Shown in pieces: positions 1 to 11,830 of a DNA stretch of 64,000 nucleotides. Position numbers and translations under genes: made by a program. Below the pieces are notes generated by a model, which saw nothing but the letters and a program-made list of their open reading frames with translations, made no database searches and was not told where the DNA came from. Where the stretch lies: positions 25,376,459 through 25,440,458 of the forward strand of contig NC_090412.1 in NCBI RefSeq assembly GCF_036365525.1, in the 5' to 3' direction. This DNA comes from Heterodontus francisci (Eukaryota). Within the stretch, counting starts at the first letter, position 1; every line of letters starts with the position of its first letter.

Positions 1-680
1 TGTGTATTATAATATAAAAAGGAGAGACAGTCAGTGAAACAGAAGGTATTATAACATATACAGGAGAGAGACTGACAGTGAAACACAGTGTATTATAATC
101 TATACAGGAGAGACACTGACAGTGAAACACAGTATGTTATAATTAATACAGGAGAGAGACTGTCTGTGAAACACAGTGTATTATAATATATACAGGAGAG
201 AGACTGTTAGTGAAACACAGTGTATTATAATATATACAGGAGAGACTGACAGTGAAACACAGTATATTATAATATATACAGGAGAGACAATCAGTGAAAC
301 ACAGTGTATTATAACATATACAGGAGAGAGACTGACAGTGAAACACAGTGTATTATAATCTATACAGGAGAGAGACTGACAGTGAAACACAATATGTTAT
401 AATTAATACAGGAGAGAGACTGTCAGTGAAACACAGTGTATTATAATATATACAGGAGAGAGACTGTCAGTGAAACACAGTGTATTATAATCTGTACAGG
501 AGAGAGACTGACAGTGAAACACAGTATGTTATAATTAATACAGGAGAGATGCTGTAAGGCAAAAATGTGTATTACAATATGTATAGAAAAGGAAATGTCA
601 ATTAAACACAATTCTAACATCTGCAGGACAGATTGCCAGTGAGAAAGTCCATGATAATATATACAGTGAGAGACTGTCAA
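1..680. repeat. 44-bp tandem satellite/minisatellite (ACAGTGAAACACAGTGTATTATAATATATACAGGAGAGAGACTG)
   Basis: About 12 direct tandem units, period 44 (e.g. unit starts at 75 and 119), degenerating after about 550. Confidence 0.95.
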
Positions 681-1329
681 TGAATTTAGAATCAAGCTAA
701 GGATGACCAAGAAACTGATAAAAAAGGGAAAAGAGAATATGAATGCCAGCTGGCAAGAAACATAAAGGCGGACTGTAAAAGCATCTTTAGTTATGTGAAA
801 GGGAAAAGATTAGCAAGGACAAATATGTGTCCATTACAGGCTGGGACAGGAGAATTGATAATGGGAAGGGAGAAATGGTGGAGAAACTAAACAATTACTT
901 TGTGTCTGTCTTCACAGAGGAAGATGCAGAAAATCTCCCAGAAATACTAGGGAATCAAGGGATTTGTGAAAATAAGGAACTGAAAGAAATTAGTATTAAT
1001 AAAGAGGTAGGACTCAAAATATTAACTGGATTGAAGATTGATAAATCCCCTGGACCAGATAGGTTACCTCCCAGAATATTGAAGGAGGTGGCTACAGAGA
1101 TAGTGGATGCATTGGTGGTTTTCTTTCAAAATTCTTTAGTTTCTGGAAAAGTTCCTGCAGACTGGAAATGTAAGCCTACTATTTAAGAAAGGAGGGAGAG
1201 AGAAAACAGGAAACAACAGAGCTATTAGTTTGACATCGGTAGTAGGGAAAATGTTAGAATCTACTATAAAGGATGTGATAACGAAACACTTAGAAAATAA
1301 TGATATGATTGGACAGAGTCAGCATGGAT

Positions 1330-1650
1330 TTATTTATTTAGAGATACAGCACTGAAACAGGCCCTTTGGACCACCGAGTCTGTGCCGACCATCAACCACC
1401 CATTTATACTAATCCTACATTAACCCCATATTCCTACCACATCCCCTCAATTTCCCCTACATACACTAGGGGCAATTTACAATGGCCAATTTACCTATCA
1501 ACCTGCAAGTCTTTGGCTGTGGGAGGAAACCAGAGCACCCGGCGGAAACCCACGCAGTCACAGGGAGAACTTGCAAACCCTACACAGGCAGTACCCAGAA
1601 TTGACCCTGGGTCACTGGAGCTGTGAGGCTGCAGTGCTAACCACTGCGCC
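1330..1650 (-). mobile_element. HE1/V-SINE (tRNA-derived)
   Basis: Reverse strand shows a tRNA-like head (GGCGCAGTGGTTAGC...GGGTCAATTC), the V-domain GGGTTTCCGCCGGGTGCTCTGGTTTCCTCCCACA and a CR1-like tail. Confidence 0.85.
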
Positions 1651-2780
1651 ATTCTAACAAAGGGAAATTATGTTTGACAAACCTGTGGAGTTTTTGAGGA
1701 TATGACTTGCAGCATAGATAAAGGAGAACCAGTAGATGTGGTGTATTTGGATTTTCAGAAGGCTTTTGATAAGGTCCCACACAGGAGGTTAGTAAACAAG
1801 ATTAGAGCACGTGGGATTGGGGATAATATACTGGTATGGATTGAGAATAGGGTAACCGACAGAAAACAGAGACAAGGAATAAATGGCTCATTCTCAGGAT
1901 GGCAGGTTGTTTCTAGTGAGCTAGTGCAAGGATCAGTGCTTGGGTCACAGCTTTTTCACAATCTAAATAAATGTGGGGACCGAATGTAATATTTCCAAAT
2001 TTGCAGATGACACAAAACTAAGTGGGAATGTAAGTTGTGAGGAGGATGCAAGGGGGCTTCAAGGTGACCTGGGCAGACTAAGTGAATGGGCAAGAATGTG
2101 GCAGATGGAATATAATGTGAATAAATGTGAAGTTATTCACTTACGTAGAAAAAACAGAAAGACAGAGTATTTCTTAAATGGTGAGAGGTTGGGAAGTGTT
2201 GATGTCCAAAGGGACCTGGGTGTCCTTGTTCATGAGTCACTAAAAGTTAGCATGCAGGTGCAGCAAGCAATTAGGAAAGCAAATGGTATGTTAGCCTTCA
2301 TCGCAAGAGATTTTGAGTAAAGAAGTCTTGCTACAATTGTACAGAGCCTTGCTGAGACAGCACCTGGAGTATTGTGTACAATTTTGGTCTCCTCATCTAA
2401 GGAAGGATATACTTGCCATCGAGGGAGTGTAAAGGAGGTTTACCAGACTAATCTCTGGGATGGCGGGATTGTCTTATGAGGAGCGATTGAGGAAACTGGG
2501 TCAGTATTCTCTAGAGTTTCGAAAAATGAGAGCTGATCTCATTGAAACTTAAATTTTTGCAGTGCGTGAGAGGGTGGATGTAGATAAGATGTTTCCCCAG
2601 GCTGGTGAGTCTAGAACCAGGGCACACATTCTCAGAATAAGGGGTAGGCCTTTTAAGACTGAGATGAGGAGGAATTTCTTTACTCAGAGGGCGGTGAATC
2701 TTTGGAATTCTCTGCGCCAGAGGGCTGTGGAAGCTCAATCATTGAGCATGTTGAAGACAGAAATTGATAGATATCTGGAT

Positions 2781-3161
2781 TAGAGGCCTGCTACCCAACC
2801 CGAACCCGACGGGACCCGACGACATGTGTCGGATTCGGGTCGGGTCGGGCCCATCTTCCGGGGCCTGCTTCCGGGCTCGGGTAAGGTCGGGCCGAGTCCA
2901 GATCGAGTCAGGTCGTGTCGGGCCAGACACACACGGTTAAGTGCTCTGCTGGTAAGTATTAAAAATAAAAAAACTTACCTGAGCTGGGAATCCGGGATGA
3001 AACTGAGCCTGTGCAGTGAGCGGATGGTCGGGTCAGGCCGACTAGTGACGGGTTCGGGTCGGGTCGGGCTTGGGGCAAAATCGGAGGGACTCTGGCCACG
3101 TTGGGCTCGGGCCCACTGTGGTTTGGTCGGGTTCATTTTCCCGACCTATAGCAAGCCTCTA
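2781..3161. mobile_element. Non-autonomous hAT DNA transposon (MITE)
   Basis: TIRs TAGAGGCCTGCT / AGCAAGCCTCTA; perfect 8-bp TSD ATCTGGAT (2773-2780, 3162-3169); subterminal ACCCGA/TCGGGT repeats. Confidence 0.9.
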
Positions 3162-3458
3162 ATCTGGATACTAATGACATCAAGGGATATGGGGATAGCA
3201 CGGAAAAATTGCGTTGTGGTTGATGATCAGCCATGAGCTAATTGAATGGTGGAGCAGGCTCGATGGGGTGAATGGCCTACTTCTGCTCCTATGTTCCTAT
3301 AAGACCATAAAAAATAGGAGCAGGAGTAGATCATATGGCTGTCAAGCCTGCACCGCCACTCAATACAATCATGGCTGATCTTTCACTTCAACTCCACTTT
3401 CTCACCCACTCCCCATATCCTTTGATTCCCTGAGAGACCAAAAATCTATCTATCTCAG

Positions 3459-4349
3459 TGTTAGGACCAGGTGAGAAGGAGGTCTAAGGGTTCCCTTTCA
3501 GCCTTCACCTGGACTTACTGCAACAGGGTTTAATTTTAAACACACTGTTTTTTAGCTCCCCCTTGGTGAATCCTTGTTCACTGCTTTCCAATTATAAGAA
3601 ACCAGCACAAAACAGACTTTCTCAGGTTTAAGGAAGAAAAATTGAAATTTATTAAACTTAAACTCTAATTTGGTTAACGCTTACGGATACACGCTGCGCC
3701 CCATGCTAGCATGCATAAGCGATATACACATGCAGATAGAAACAGAAAGGGAGAGGAAAAATAAAATGGAAAGGTTTGAAGCAATATCAGAAGAGTTGTT
3801 GTTACAGTTATTCGAGCTCACTGTAGATTCCTTGATTGTAGGTGGATCTTGCTTTTCGTTGGGGCCCAGTATTCTTCTTAAACCTTGTTCGCTGTAGGAG
3901 ACTTTTCTCTCTTGGGGTTCATGTGTTTTCAGTGGATTCAGAGGTTTGTGAGAAAGAGGTGGGAGCCGACAGGAAAGGGATCTTCTCAGTCCAGGAGCAA
4001 ACAGCTTTTTGCCCAAACTGTTTGAACAAATTTTAAAAACTCAGATTGCCCAGCAATGTGACTAGCTGGTTTGACTATGTTCATTTGTGTGTTCGGCCAT
4101 CTTAGCAGTCAACCTGGAATGCGAGCTCCCCCACCTTCAACATCTGGTGATCAAAAGTCCATTGTGGGTTGAATGTCAGGGAATGGCTACTTCGTCCTTC
4201 CAATGACTGTCTGTTAATAAGAAAATGTATTTTCCAGCCACAGCTAATCTGTTCAAAAAGTCCTCCCCTCACTCCAGTAACAATTTAAAATCAATGTTTA
4301 TGACAAAATTAATGTGCCTCATTCTTGGCAGGTGGGGCCAAGCAGGACA
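3459..4349 (-). repeat. 3' LTR of the Gmr1-like element
   Basis: Direct repeat of 7851-8738; preceded by the PPT on the minus strand. Confidence 0.88.
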
Positions 4350-4544
4350 CCTCCACACCCAGCGGAATGAAATGCGATTTGAGAAAAGGCACATTTCATT
4401 AAAAGGGTTGAGAAAAATGTAAGGTACAGAAAAAAACATGCATTTCTCTCATTCATTCCCATATCCTAAAACATATTACAGCTTACCTTTTCTTGGTGCC
4501 AGTGCTGCTTTAATTGCCCCCTTTTTGGCATCCTGATAAACATA

Positions 4545-4830
4545 GAGTCATACAGCACTGAAACAGGCCCTTCGGCCTACACTAATCCCATATTCCTACC
4601 AAACATCCCTGCCTGTCCCTCTATTTCCCTACCACCTACCTACACTAGGAGCAATTTACAATGGTCAATTTACCTATCAACCTGCAAGTCTTTGGCTATG
4701 AGAGGAAACTAGAGCACCCAGCAGAAACCCACACAGTCACAGGGAGAACTTGCAAACTCCACACGAGCAGTACCCAGAACTGAACTTGGTTGCTGGAGCT
4801 GTGAGGTTGTGGTGCTAACCATTGCACTAC
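4545..4830 (-). mobile_element. HE1/V-SINE inserted in the LTR element interior
   Basis: Same consensus as the other V-SINE copies, more diverged. Confidence 0.8.
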
Positions 4831-5047
4831 CCGAGAGCATGTGGTTCTTTTTTTTGGAAGTTTCTCTTCCATTTGCCCATTTCCATGGCTGAGTAGGATC
4901 TTTGTTCCTGCTGAGGTAATTTTTTTTAAAAAGAGATAGTAGTGGGCATATCTATCCTGAACTCTCTTACAGTGCTTTGCTGACTCATGCAAAGGCTTTT
5001 GACTTCAGAGGATGGGTGGTTCCCTTTTTTCTGACTGTGGGGGAGGA

Positions 5048-7722
5048 TTATTTGCTAATCACCCCTTTGTCCCAGAGGACACACCTGCCTGCACGTATTT
5101 GTGCAAATTCTACTGCACTCCCCTGTGGCACTTTAACTATGTGAGGCATCACCCTCATGGTTTCTGTGCTCCCTAGAGGTCTCTCTTTGTCTCTGTAGGT
5201 TCCTGTAAATGCTGTTAGCAACTCTGGTGGGGTGCTTCTAGTGTCTGCATTTACACAGGAAGATGTGTGGTCTAACTTTGCACATTTTTTAGGGTTGGCT
5301 GACCGAACTGTAGGGGTTTTCATCCGGGATTCCTCCTGGACTTCCTTTAACCTGCCCCCTTGGTCATTTTTTCTCCTTCTCTGTCTAACCTTTTGCCAGC
5401 CTTGTGCCTGCCTGTCCCTTTTTGTTCTCGGTGGGTGTCCCTTACAGTTCACCAGCCCTCTGCTGGAGGGTCCTCTTAACACCGGTACAGGACTTAGGGG
5501 TGCAAGTTTCACTGTAGGCTGGGTTTTCCCCTCAACCTGGCACATGTGGCAACTCCTGCAATACTCCACCACATCTTTTTGGAGTTTTGGCCAGTCAAAC
5601 TGCTGTCTTATGCGGGCTTTGATCTTTTGTATACCGGCATGTACAGCTGCTGTAGTCTCGTGGGCCCTTCTTAATATTTTCTCTGCGGCACCTCTGCTGC
5701 ACCACTAACTGGTGAACTACTGTCCACTCCTTGCTCTCGGGTCTGTGAGGAGAACTCCATTTCCTCATCAGTACCTCATTCTTTAAATAATAGCAATCAG
5801 GGACTCCCTCTGCCTCAATTTCAGACTGGGCAGCCTGTGCTAACTCTCACAATACTGGGTCAGCTCGCTGAGCCTCAGCTAGGGAAAATCCATTTAATTC
5901 ATTCCCTGCGTCTCCTAACTTTCCAAAGAAAGTCTCAGACAGACAGACCTCATGGTCATCTGCCTGAAGTGCTAATTCAGTCTCCTATGGGGGAGCTGGT
6001 TTGATCATGGCCTGATCCACTACACATTCAGGGAAACTGCAGGGGTCTGTCTCCCATCACTGCCCTGTCTCTCTGACCTCCTGCGGTCTTTCTTTCACTA
6101 ATGAGGGGCTACGACCTCACCCCCGCCAGATCATTACCTAGGAGCTGGTCAACCCTGTCCACAGGCAAACTAGGGCCAATTCCTACGGTCACCGGTCCCG
6201 AAACTAGATCGCACTCCAGGTGCACAGGGACAGGCATACACTGCCCTCCTATACCATTCACCATCATTTTGGTGTTCACTGCACTCTTTGGGGGAAAGGC
6301 CAAGCCTTTTCCCAGTAAAAGGGATCCAGTGGCCCCTGTGTCCCTGACAATTACAATGGGCTTGCTTGCTCGACTCGAGGGGTATGGGGTTACTTTCCCT
6401 TCAGACAAAAAACCCTGATAACCCTCAGGAACCCTATTAAATTTTCCTGCACCTGCAGCGGTAGACTTCCTGGGTCTCATTCTTACTGCAGTTAAAGCCA
6501 CAGCTTGCTCTGCTGTGCTTTCCATCAGGGTCCCTCTTCACTGAGCGGGTGTGCCCTGATTAACCCTACAGGTTTTCGCTTTAGTTTCCAAAAGTCAGCT
6601 CTTAAATGCCCTGCTTTATTACAATGGAAACACACAGGTCTCCTGGTCTCACTCTTGCTCTCAGCACCTTCCTTTTTGGCTAGAGGAGGGCCCCCTATGT
6701 CTCTTGCTTTCCTTTCTCTCCCAGGACTGCTTCGGCTCTTATCACCTTCCCACCCTTTGTCCTTTTCGGACATGTGGGGGTGACTAGGAAAGATTTTCCC
6801 CTGGGAAACTGACTTATAAATTAAAGCAAACTCATCGAGCAGAACGGCCACTTCCCGGGCTCTCTGGACCCGCTGCTCCTCTACATGTGTCTTTATGGAG
6901 AGTGGGAGTGAGTTTTTAAATTCCTCTAACAGAATTACTTCTCTGAGATTCTCATCGCTGAGCTGTACTTTAAGAGCCCTCAGCCACTGGTCAAAAGCCC
7001 ATTGCTTACTTCTTTCAAACTCCAGGTAAGTTTGATTAGCTTGCTTCTTGAGGGTTCTAAACTCTTGGCGCTGGGCTTCGGGTACAAATTCATATGCCCC
7101 GAAGATAGCACTTTTGGTCAGTTCATAATTTGATGAACTCTCATATGACAGCAGGGAATAAACCTCACGGGCTTTTCCAGTTAGCTTGCTTTGTAGTAAA
7201 AGAAGGCTGGCCATTTTAGCTGCCTTGCCAGTTTCTGAAAGGACACAAAAAATGCTTCTACATCCTCCTCATTGAATTTTGGCATTAATTGCGCTATTTT
7301 AACAATTCTCTACCCAGCCCTGAATAATGCTGCTCCGTATTGGCCATGCATTCACTGGGGCTACTCTGTCACCCCCTAGTTAACTCAAGCCACTTCAACT
7401 CGCTCTTTGCATTCCTTCTGTAATATTCTTTCTCTCTCTCTCCCCTCAAATTCAAGTTTGCTCTGTTCCAATTGTATCTTTGTGAACAATGCCCTGTCAG
7501 AGTTGCTTCTAACCCTGTTTCTGCTTCTTCAGGTTCAAGGCAAAAATGGTTGGCCACTAGTCTTAGGAGTTCAGACTTCCTAGCCTTGTCACATACAGTG
7601 ATCCCACACTGCTCAGCTATTTTTCTGAGCTCCTCCATTGACAGTGCTTTTAACTTATCCCAAGTTACTTCACCCTGGCTCGGGGAGCCACTAGCTTCAG
7701 TTGCAGACATGTTAATATTCAA
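5048..7722 (-). pseudogene. Degenerate gag-protease-integrase(N-term) polyprotein of the LTR element
   Basis: SCAN/CA-CTD-like LREVILLEEFKNSLP...VLLDEF; decayed zinc knuckle CFHCNKAGHLRADF; aspartic protease VRDTGATGSL; integrase Zn motif YCRSCHMCQ; frameshifts and stops between pieces. Confidence 0.85.
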
Positions 7723-7850
7723 TCACACACAACCAGAAGGAACCCTGTATTGAAATTTTGCTCTTTTTGATTGGGAACAATGTGGCTTCCCACTTCCAAT
7801 TTCTCTTGTTTGTCTGTGGGTAAAATTCCAGATGCTAGCACCCAAATTTC

Positions 7851-8738
7851 TGTTAAGACCAGGTGAGAAAGAGGTCTAGGGTTCCCTTTCACCCTTCACC
7901 TTGTCTTACTGTAACAAGGTTTAAGTTTAAACACACCGTGTTTTTAGCGCCCCCTTGGTGAATCCTTGTTCACTGCTTTCCAATTATAAGGCAAAGAAAC
8001 CAGCACAAACAGGCTTTCTCAGGTTTAAAGAGAAAAGTTGAAATTTATTCAATTTAAACTCTAATTTGGTTAACACCTATGGATACATGCCACGCCCCAC
8101 GTTAGCATGCATACACGATACCCATATGCAAATAGAGACAGAAAAGAGCAGAAGAAAAATAAAGTGGAAAAGTTTGAGGCAATATCAGAAGAGTTGTTGT
8201 TACAGTTATTCGAGCTCACTGTAGATTCCTTGATTGTCGGTAGATCTTGCTTTTCGTTGGGGCCCAGTATTCTTCTTAACCCTTGTTCGCTATCGGAGAC
8301 TTTTCTCTCTTGGGGTTCATGTGTCTTCAGTGGATTCAAAGGCTTGTGAGAAAGAGATGGGAGCAGACGGGAGAGAGATCTTCTCAGTCCAGGAGCAAAC
8401 AGCTTTCTGCCCAAACTGTTTGTACAAATTCAAAAAACTCAGGTTGCCCAGTAGATTAGTCATGTGACTAGCTGGTTCGACCATGTCCGTATTTGTATTC
8501 GGTCATCTTAGCAGTCAACCTGGAATGCGAGCTCCCCCACCTTCAATGTCTGGTGATCAAAAGTCCATTGTGGGTTGAATGTGTCAGGGAATGGCTGCTT
8601 TGTCCTTACAAACTCTGTCTGTTAATATGCAAATGTCTTTTCCAGCCACGGCTGATCTGTTCAAAAAGTCCTCCCCTCACTCCAGTAACAGTTTAATATC
8701 GATGTTCATGACAAAATTAATGTGCCTCATTCTTGGCA
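7851..8738 (-). repeat. 5' LTR of the Gmr1-like element
   Basis: Direct repeat of 3459-4330; followed by a PBS-like tgggtgctagcatctggaat on the minus strand. Confidence 0.88.
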
Positions 8739-10484
8739 CTCAGCCTTAAATATATTCAATGATGGTGCATCCACAACCTTCTGTGGTGGAGAATTCCAAA
8801 GATTCACAGTGCTTTGAGGAAAGAAATTTCTCCTCATCGCAGTCCTAAATGATCATCCCTTATCATGAGTCTGTGCTCCTGTGTTCTAGATTCCCCAGCC
8901 AAGGGAAACAACCTCTCAGTATCTACCCTGTCAAACCCTTTCAGGATCTTTCAGTTCTCTCAGGTCTAACCCCAACATTGTGATCAAACCTGTTGACAAG
9001 AACAGTGCTGTTGTTGTCTGGCGTACTGACATCTACCTTGCAGAGGCTGAGCGCCAACTCTCAGACACTGCTTCCTACCTCCCCCTGGATCATGACCCCA
9101 CCACCGCACATCAAGCCACTGTCTCCAGGACTGTCACGTTCCTCATCTCCTCTGGAGATCTTCCCTCTACAGCTTCCCACCTCATAGTCCTGCAAATCCG
9201 ACAGCCCGCTTCTATTTCCTTCCCAAAATCCACAAACTGGACTGTCCTGGTAGACCCATCATTTCAGTGTGCTCCTGTGTCACTGAACCTATTTCCTCCT
9301 ATCTTGGTTCTACTTTTTCTCCCCTTGACACCCTACGTCATTTCGACAGTTTCCAGTTTCCTGGCCCTAAGCATCTCATCTTCACTATGAACGTTGAATC
9401 TCTCTACACCTCCATCCCCCAGGACAGTCTGAGGGCTCTCCGCTTCTTTCTTGAACAGAGGCCCAACCAGTCCCCATCCACCATCACCCTCCTCCACCTG
9501 GCTGAACTTGTTCTCACATTGAACAACTTCTCCTTCAACTCTACTCACTTCCTCCAAATAAAATATGTTGCTATGGGTACCTGCATAGGTCCTAGTAATG
9601 CTTCCCATTTTGTGGGATATGTCGTACATTCCTTGTTCCGGTCCTACTCAGGCCCCCTCCCCCAACTCTTTTTCTGGTACATTGATAACTGTATCAATGC
9701 CATTTCCTGCTCTCATCCTGAACTGGAAAACCTCATCAACTTTGCTTCCAATTTCCACCCTTCTCTCACCTTCACATGGTCCATCTCTGACACTTCCCTT
9801 CCTTGATTTCTCTGTCTCCATCTTTGTGGCTAGGCTGTCCACCAATACTTAGTATAAGCCCAAAGACTCCACAGCTACCATGACTACATTTCCTCACACC
9901 CTGCCTCTTGCAAGGACTCCATTCCATACTCCCGGTTTCTCCATCTCCAACGTATCTGTTCTGATGATGCAACCTTCCACAACAGCGCATCTGATATATC
10001 TTCCTGTTCCCTCAATTGAGGATCCCCCCGCCCCCCCGCACTGTGGTTGACAGGGCCCTCAACCGTGTCCGACCCATTTCCCACACTTTTGCTCTCACCT
10101 CTTCCCCTCCCTCCCAGAACCATGACAGGGTTCCCCTTGTCCTCACTTTCTACCCCACCAGCCTCCACAGCCAAAGGTTCATCCTCCGCCATTTCTGCCA
10201 TCTCCAGCGTGGTGCCACCACCAATCACATCTTCCCCTCCTCTCCCCTATCAGCATTCTGAAGGGATTGTTCCCTCCGCGACACCCTGGTCCACTCCTCC
10301 ATCATCTCCAAACGCCTTGTCGCTCTCCCATGGCACCTTCCCATACAATCGCAGGAGGTGTAACACTTGCCCTTTTACCTCCTCTTTCTTCATCATCCAA
10401 GGCTTTGAACATTACTTCCAGGTGAAGCAGCGATTTACTTGTACTTCTTTCAATTTAGTGTACTGTATTTGCTGCTCATAGCGC

Positions 10485-10842
10485 ATTAGATTAGATTAGA
10501 TTAGAGATACAGCACTGAAACAGGCCCTTCGGCCCACCGAGTCTGTGCCGAACATCAACCACCCATTTATACTAATCCTACACTAATCCCATATTCCTAC
10601 CAAACATCCCTGCCTGTCCCTCTATTTCCCTACCACCTACCTATACTAGTGACAATTTATAATGGCCAATTTACCTATCAACCTGCAAGTCTTTTGGCTT
10701 GTGGGAGGAAACCGGAGCACCCGGAGAAAACCCACGCAGACACAGGGAGAACTTGCAAACTCCACACAGGCAGTACCCGGAATCGAACCCGGGTCCCTGG
10801 AGCTGTGAGGCTGCGGTGCTAACCACTGCGCCACTGTGCCGC
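10485..10842 (-). mobile_element. HE1/V-SINE, young, (TCTAA)n tail
   Basis: Intact A and B boxes on the minus strand (TGGCGCAGTGG, GGTTCGATTCC), V-domain and (ATTAG)n end; near-identical to 34290-34641. Confidence 0.9.
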
Positions 10843-11415
10843 ATTGGGGGGATCAAACGCAGATTGGGTGATCGCTTTACAGAACGCCTCCACTCAGCCC
10901 ACAGGCATGATCCCGAGCTTCCAGTTGCTTGCCATTTTAATTCACCACCCTGCTCGCATGCCCACATTACTGTCCTTGGCCCACTGCAGTGTTCCAGTGA
11001 AGCTCAATGCAAGCTCGAGGAACAGCATCTCATCTTCCGATTAGGCACTTTACAGCCTTCGGGACTCAGTATTGAATTCAGTAGATTATGAGCCTCATTA
11101 TTACTTATTTATTATTTTTTTTATATCTTTTTTTTTAACCATGTGCCTGTCTTAAACTTGTTTTTCCCATTTTTGCTTTTGGACAGATCTGTTCATTATT
11201 CTGCCATTAGCACTCTCTCTGAACAAATGCTTTGTCTTTTACTACAACTATTTAACCCTCCATTTGCTTTGTGTTCTGTGACATCTCTGTCATTTGACAT
11301 CTCTGTCATTTAACCTCTCCTGTCCTCAGCCCTATCACAGATCTTCCCTTTTGTTCTTCTTTCCCCTCTTGCCCCTTTCACTTGCTCAAAGACTGTTACA
11401 TTTCTAACTTTTGCC

Positions 11416-11452
11416 AGTTCTGATGAAGGGTCACAGACCTGAAACGTTAACT
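11416..11452 (+). ncRNA. Minimal type I hammerhead ribozyme motif (Penelope-associated)
   Basis: AGTT-CTGATGA-AGGGTCACAGACCT-GAAA-C-GTT-AACT: stem I AGTT/AACT, conserved core, stem II, palindromic stem III (AACGTT), GUU cleavage triplet. Confidence 0.75.
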
Positions 11453-11519
11453 CTGTTCCTCTCTACACAGATGCTGCCAGACCTGCTGAGTATTTCCGGC
11501 ACTTTCTGTTTTTTATTTT

Positions 11520-11830
11520 TTATTTAGAGATACAGCACTGAAACAGGCCCTTCGGCCCACCGAGTCTGTGCCAACCAGCAACCACCCATTTATACTAACC
11601 GTACAGTAATCCCATATTCCCTATCGCCTCCCTACACTAGGGGCAATTTACAACGGCCAATTTACCTATCACCTGCAAGTCTTTTGGAGGTGGGAGGAAA
11701 CCGGAGCAACCGGCGAAAACCCACGCAGACACAGGGAGAACTTGCAAACTCCGCACAGGCAGTACCCAGAATCGAACCCAGGTCCCTGGAGCTGTGAGGC
11801 TGCGGTGCTAACCAATGCGCCACTGTGCCA
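11520..11830 (-). mobile_element. HE1/V-SINE inserted in the Penelope 3' region
   Basis: V-SINE consensus; Penelope tail resumes at tttcaaagttccagcatccacagtatttt. Confidence 0.85.

Larger units (their letters stand above)
681..3300 (+). mobile_element. CR1 LINE, 5'-truncated and degenerate ORF2 RT; interrupted by a SINE and a hAT MITE
   Basis: Fragments KSPGPD, VDVVYLDFQKAFDKVPH, QGSVLG, KFADDTKL, QRDLGVLV, RRNFFTQR; CR1 3' tail cctacttctgctcctatgttcct. Confidence 0.9.
3459..8738 (-). mobile_element. Gypsy/Gmr1-like LTR retrotransposon, internally deleted (gag, protease, integrase N-terminus; no RT/RNase H)
   Basis: Two ~880-bp direct LTRs (3459-4349, 7851-8738) with TG...CA ends; 5-bp TSD CTCAG (3454-3458, 8739-8743); degenerate tRNA-Pro-like PBS next to 7850; PPT-like GGGTGTGGAGG at 4350-4360 (minus strand). 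Confidence 0.92.

Noticed and set aside
1-550. CRISPR-like array, or coding ORFs in the 44-bp repeat
   Set aside because: Units are contiguous with no unique spacers, the context is eukaryotic, and the ORFs are repeat translations.
10760-10842. tRNA gene
   Set aside because: A/B boxes belong to the head of a multicopy V-SINE; the same applies to the other SINE heads.
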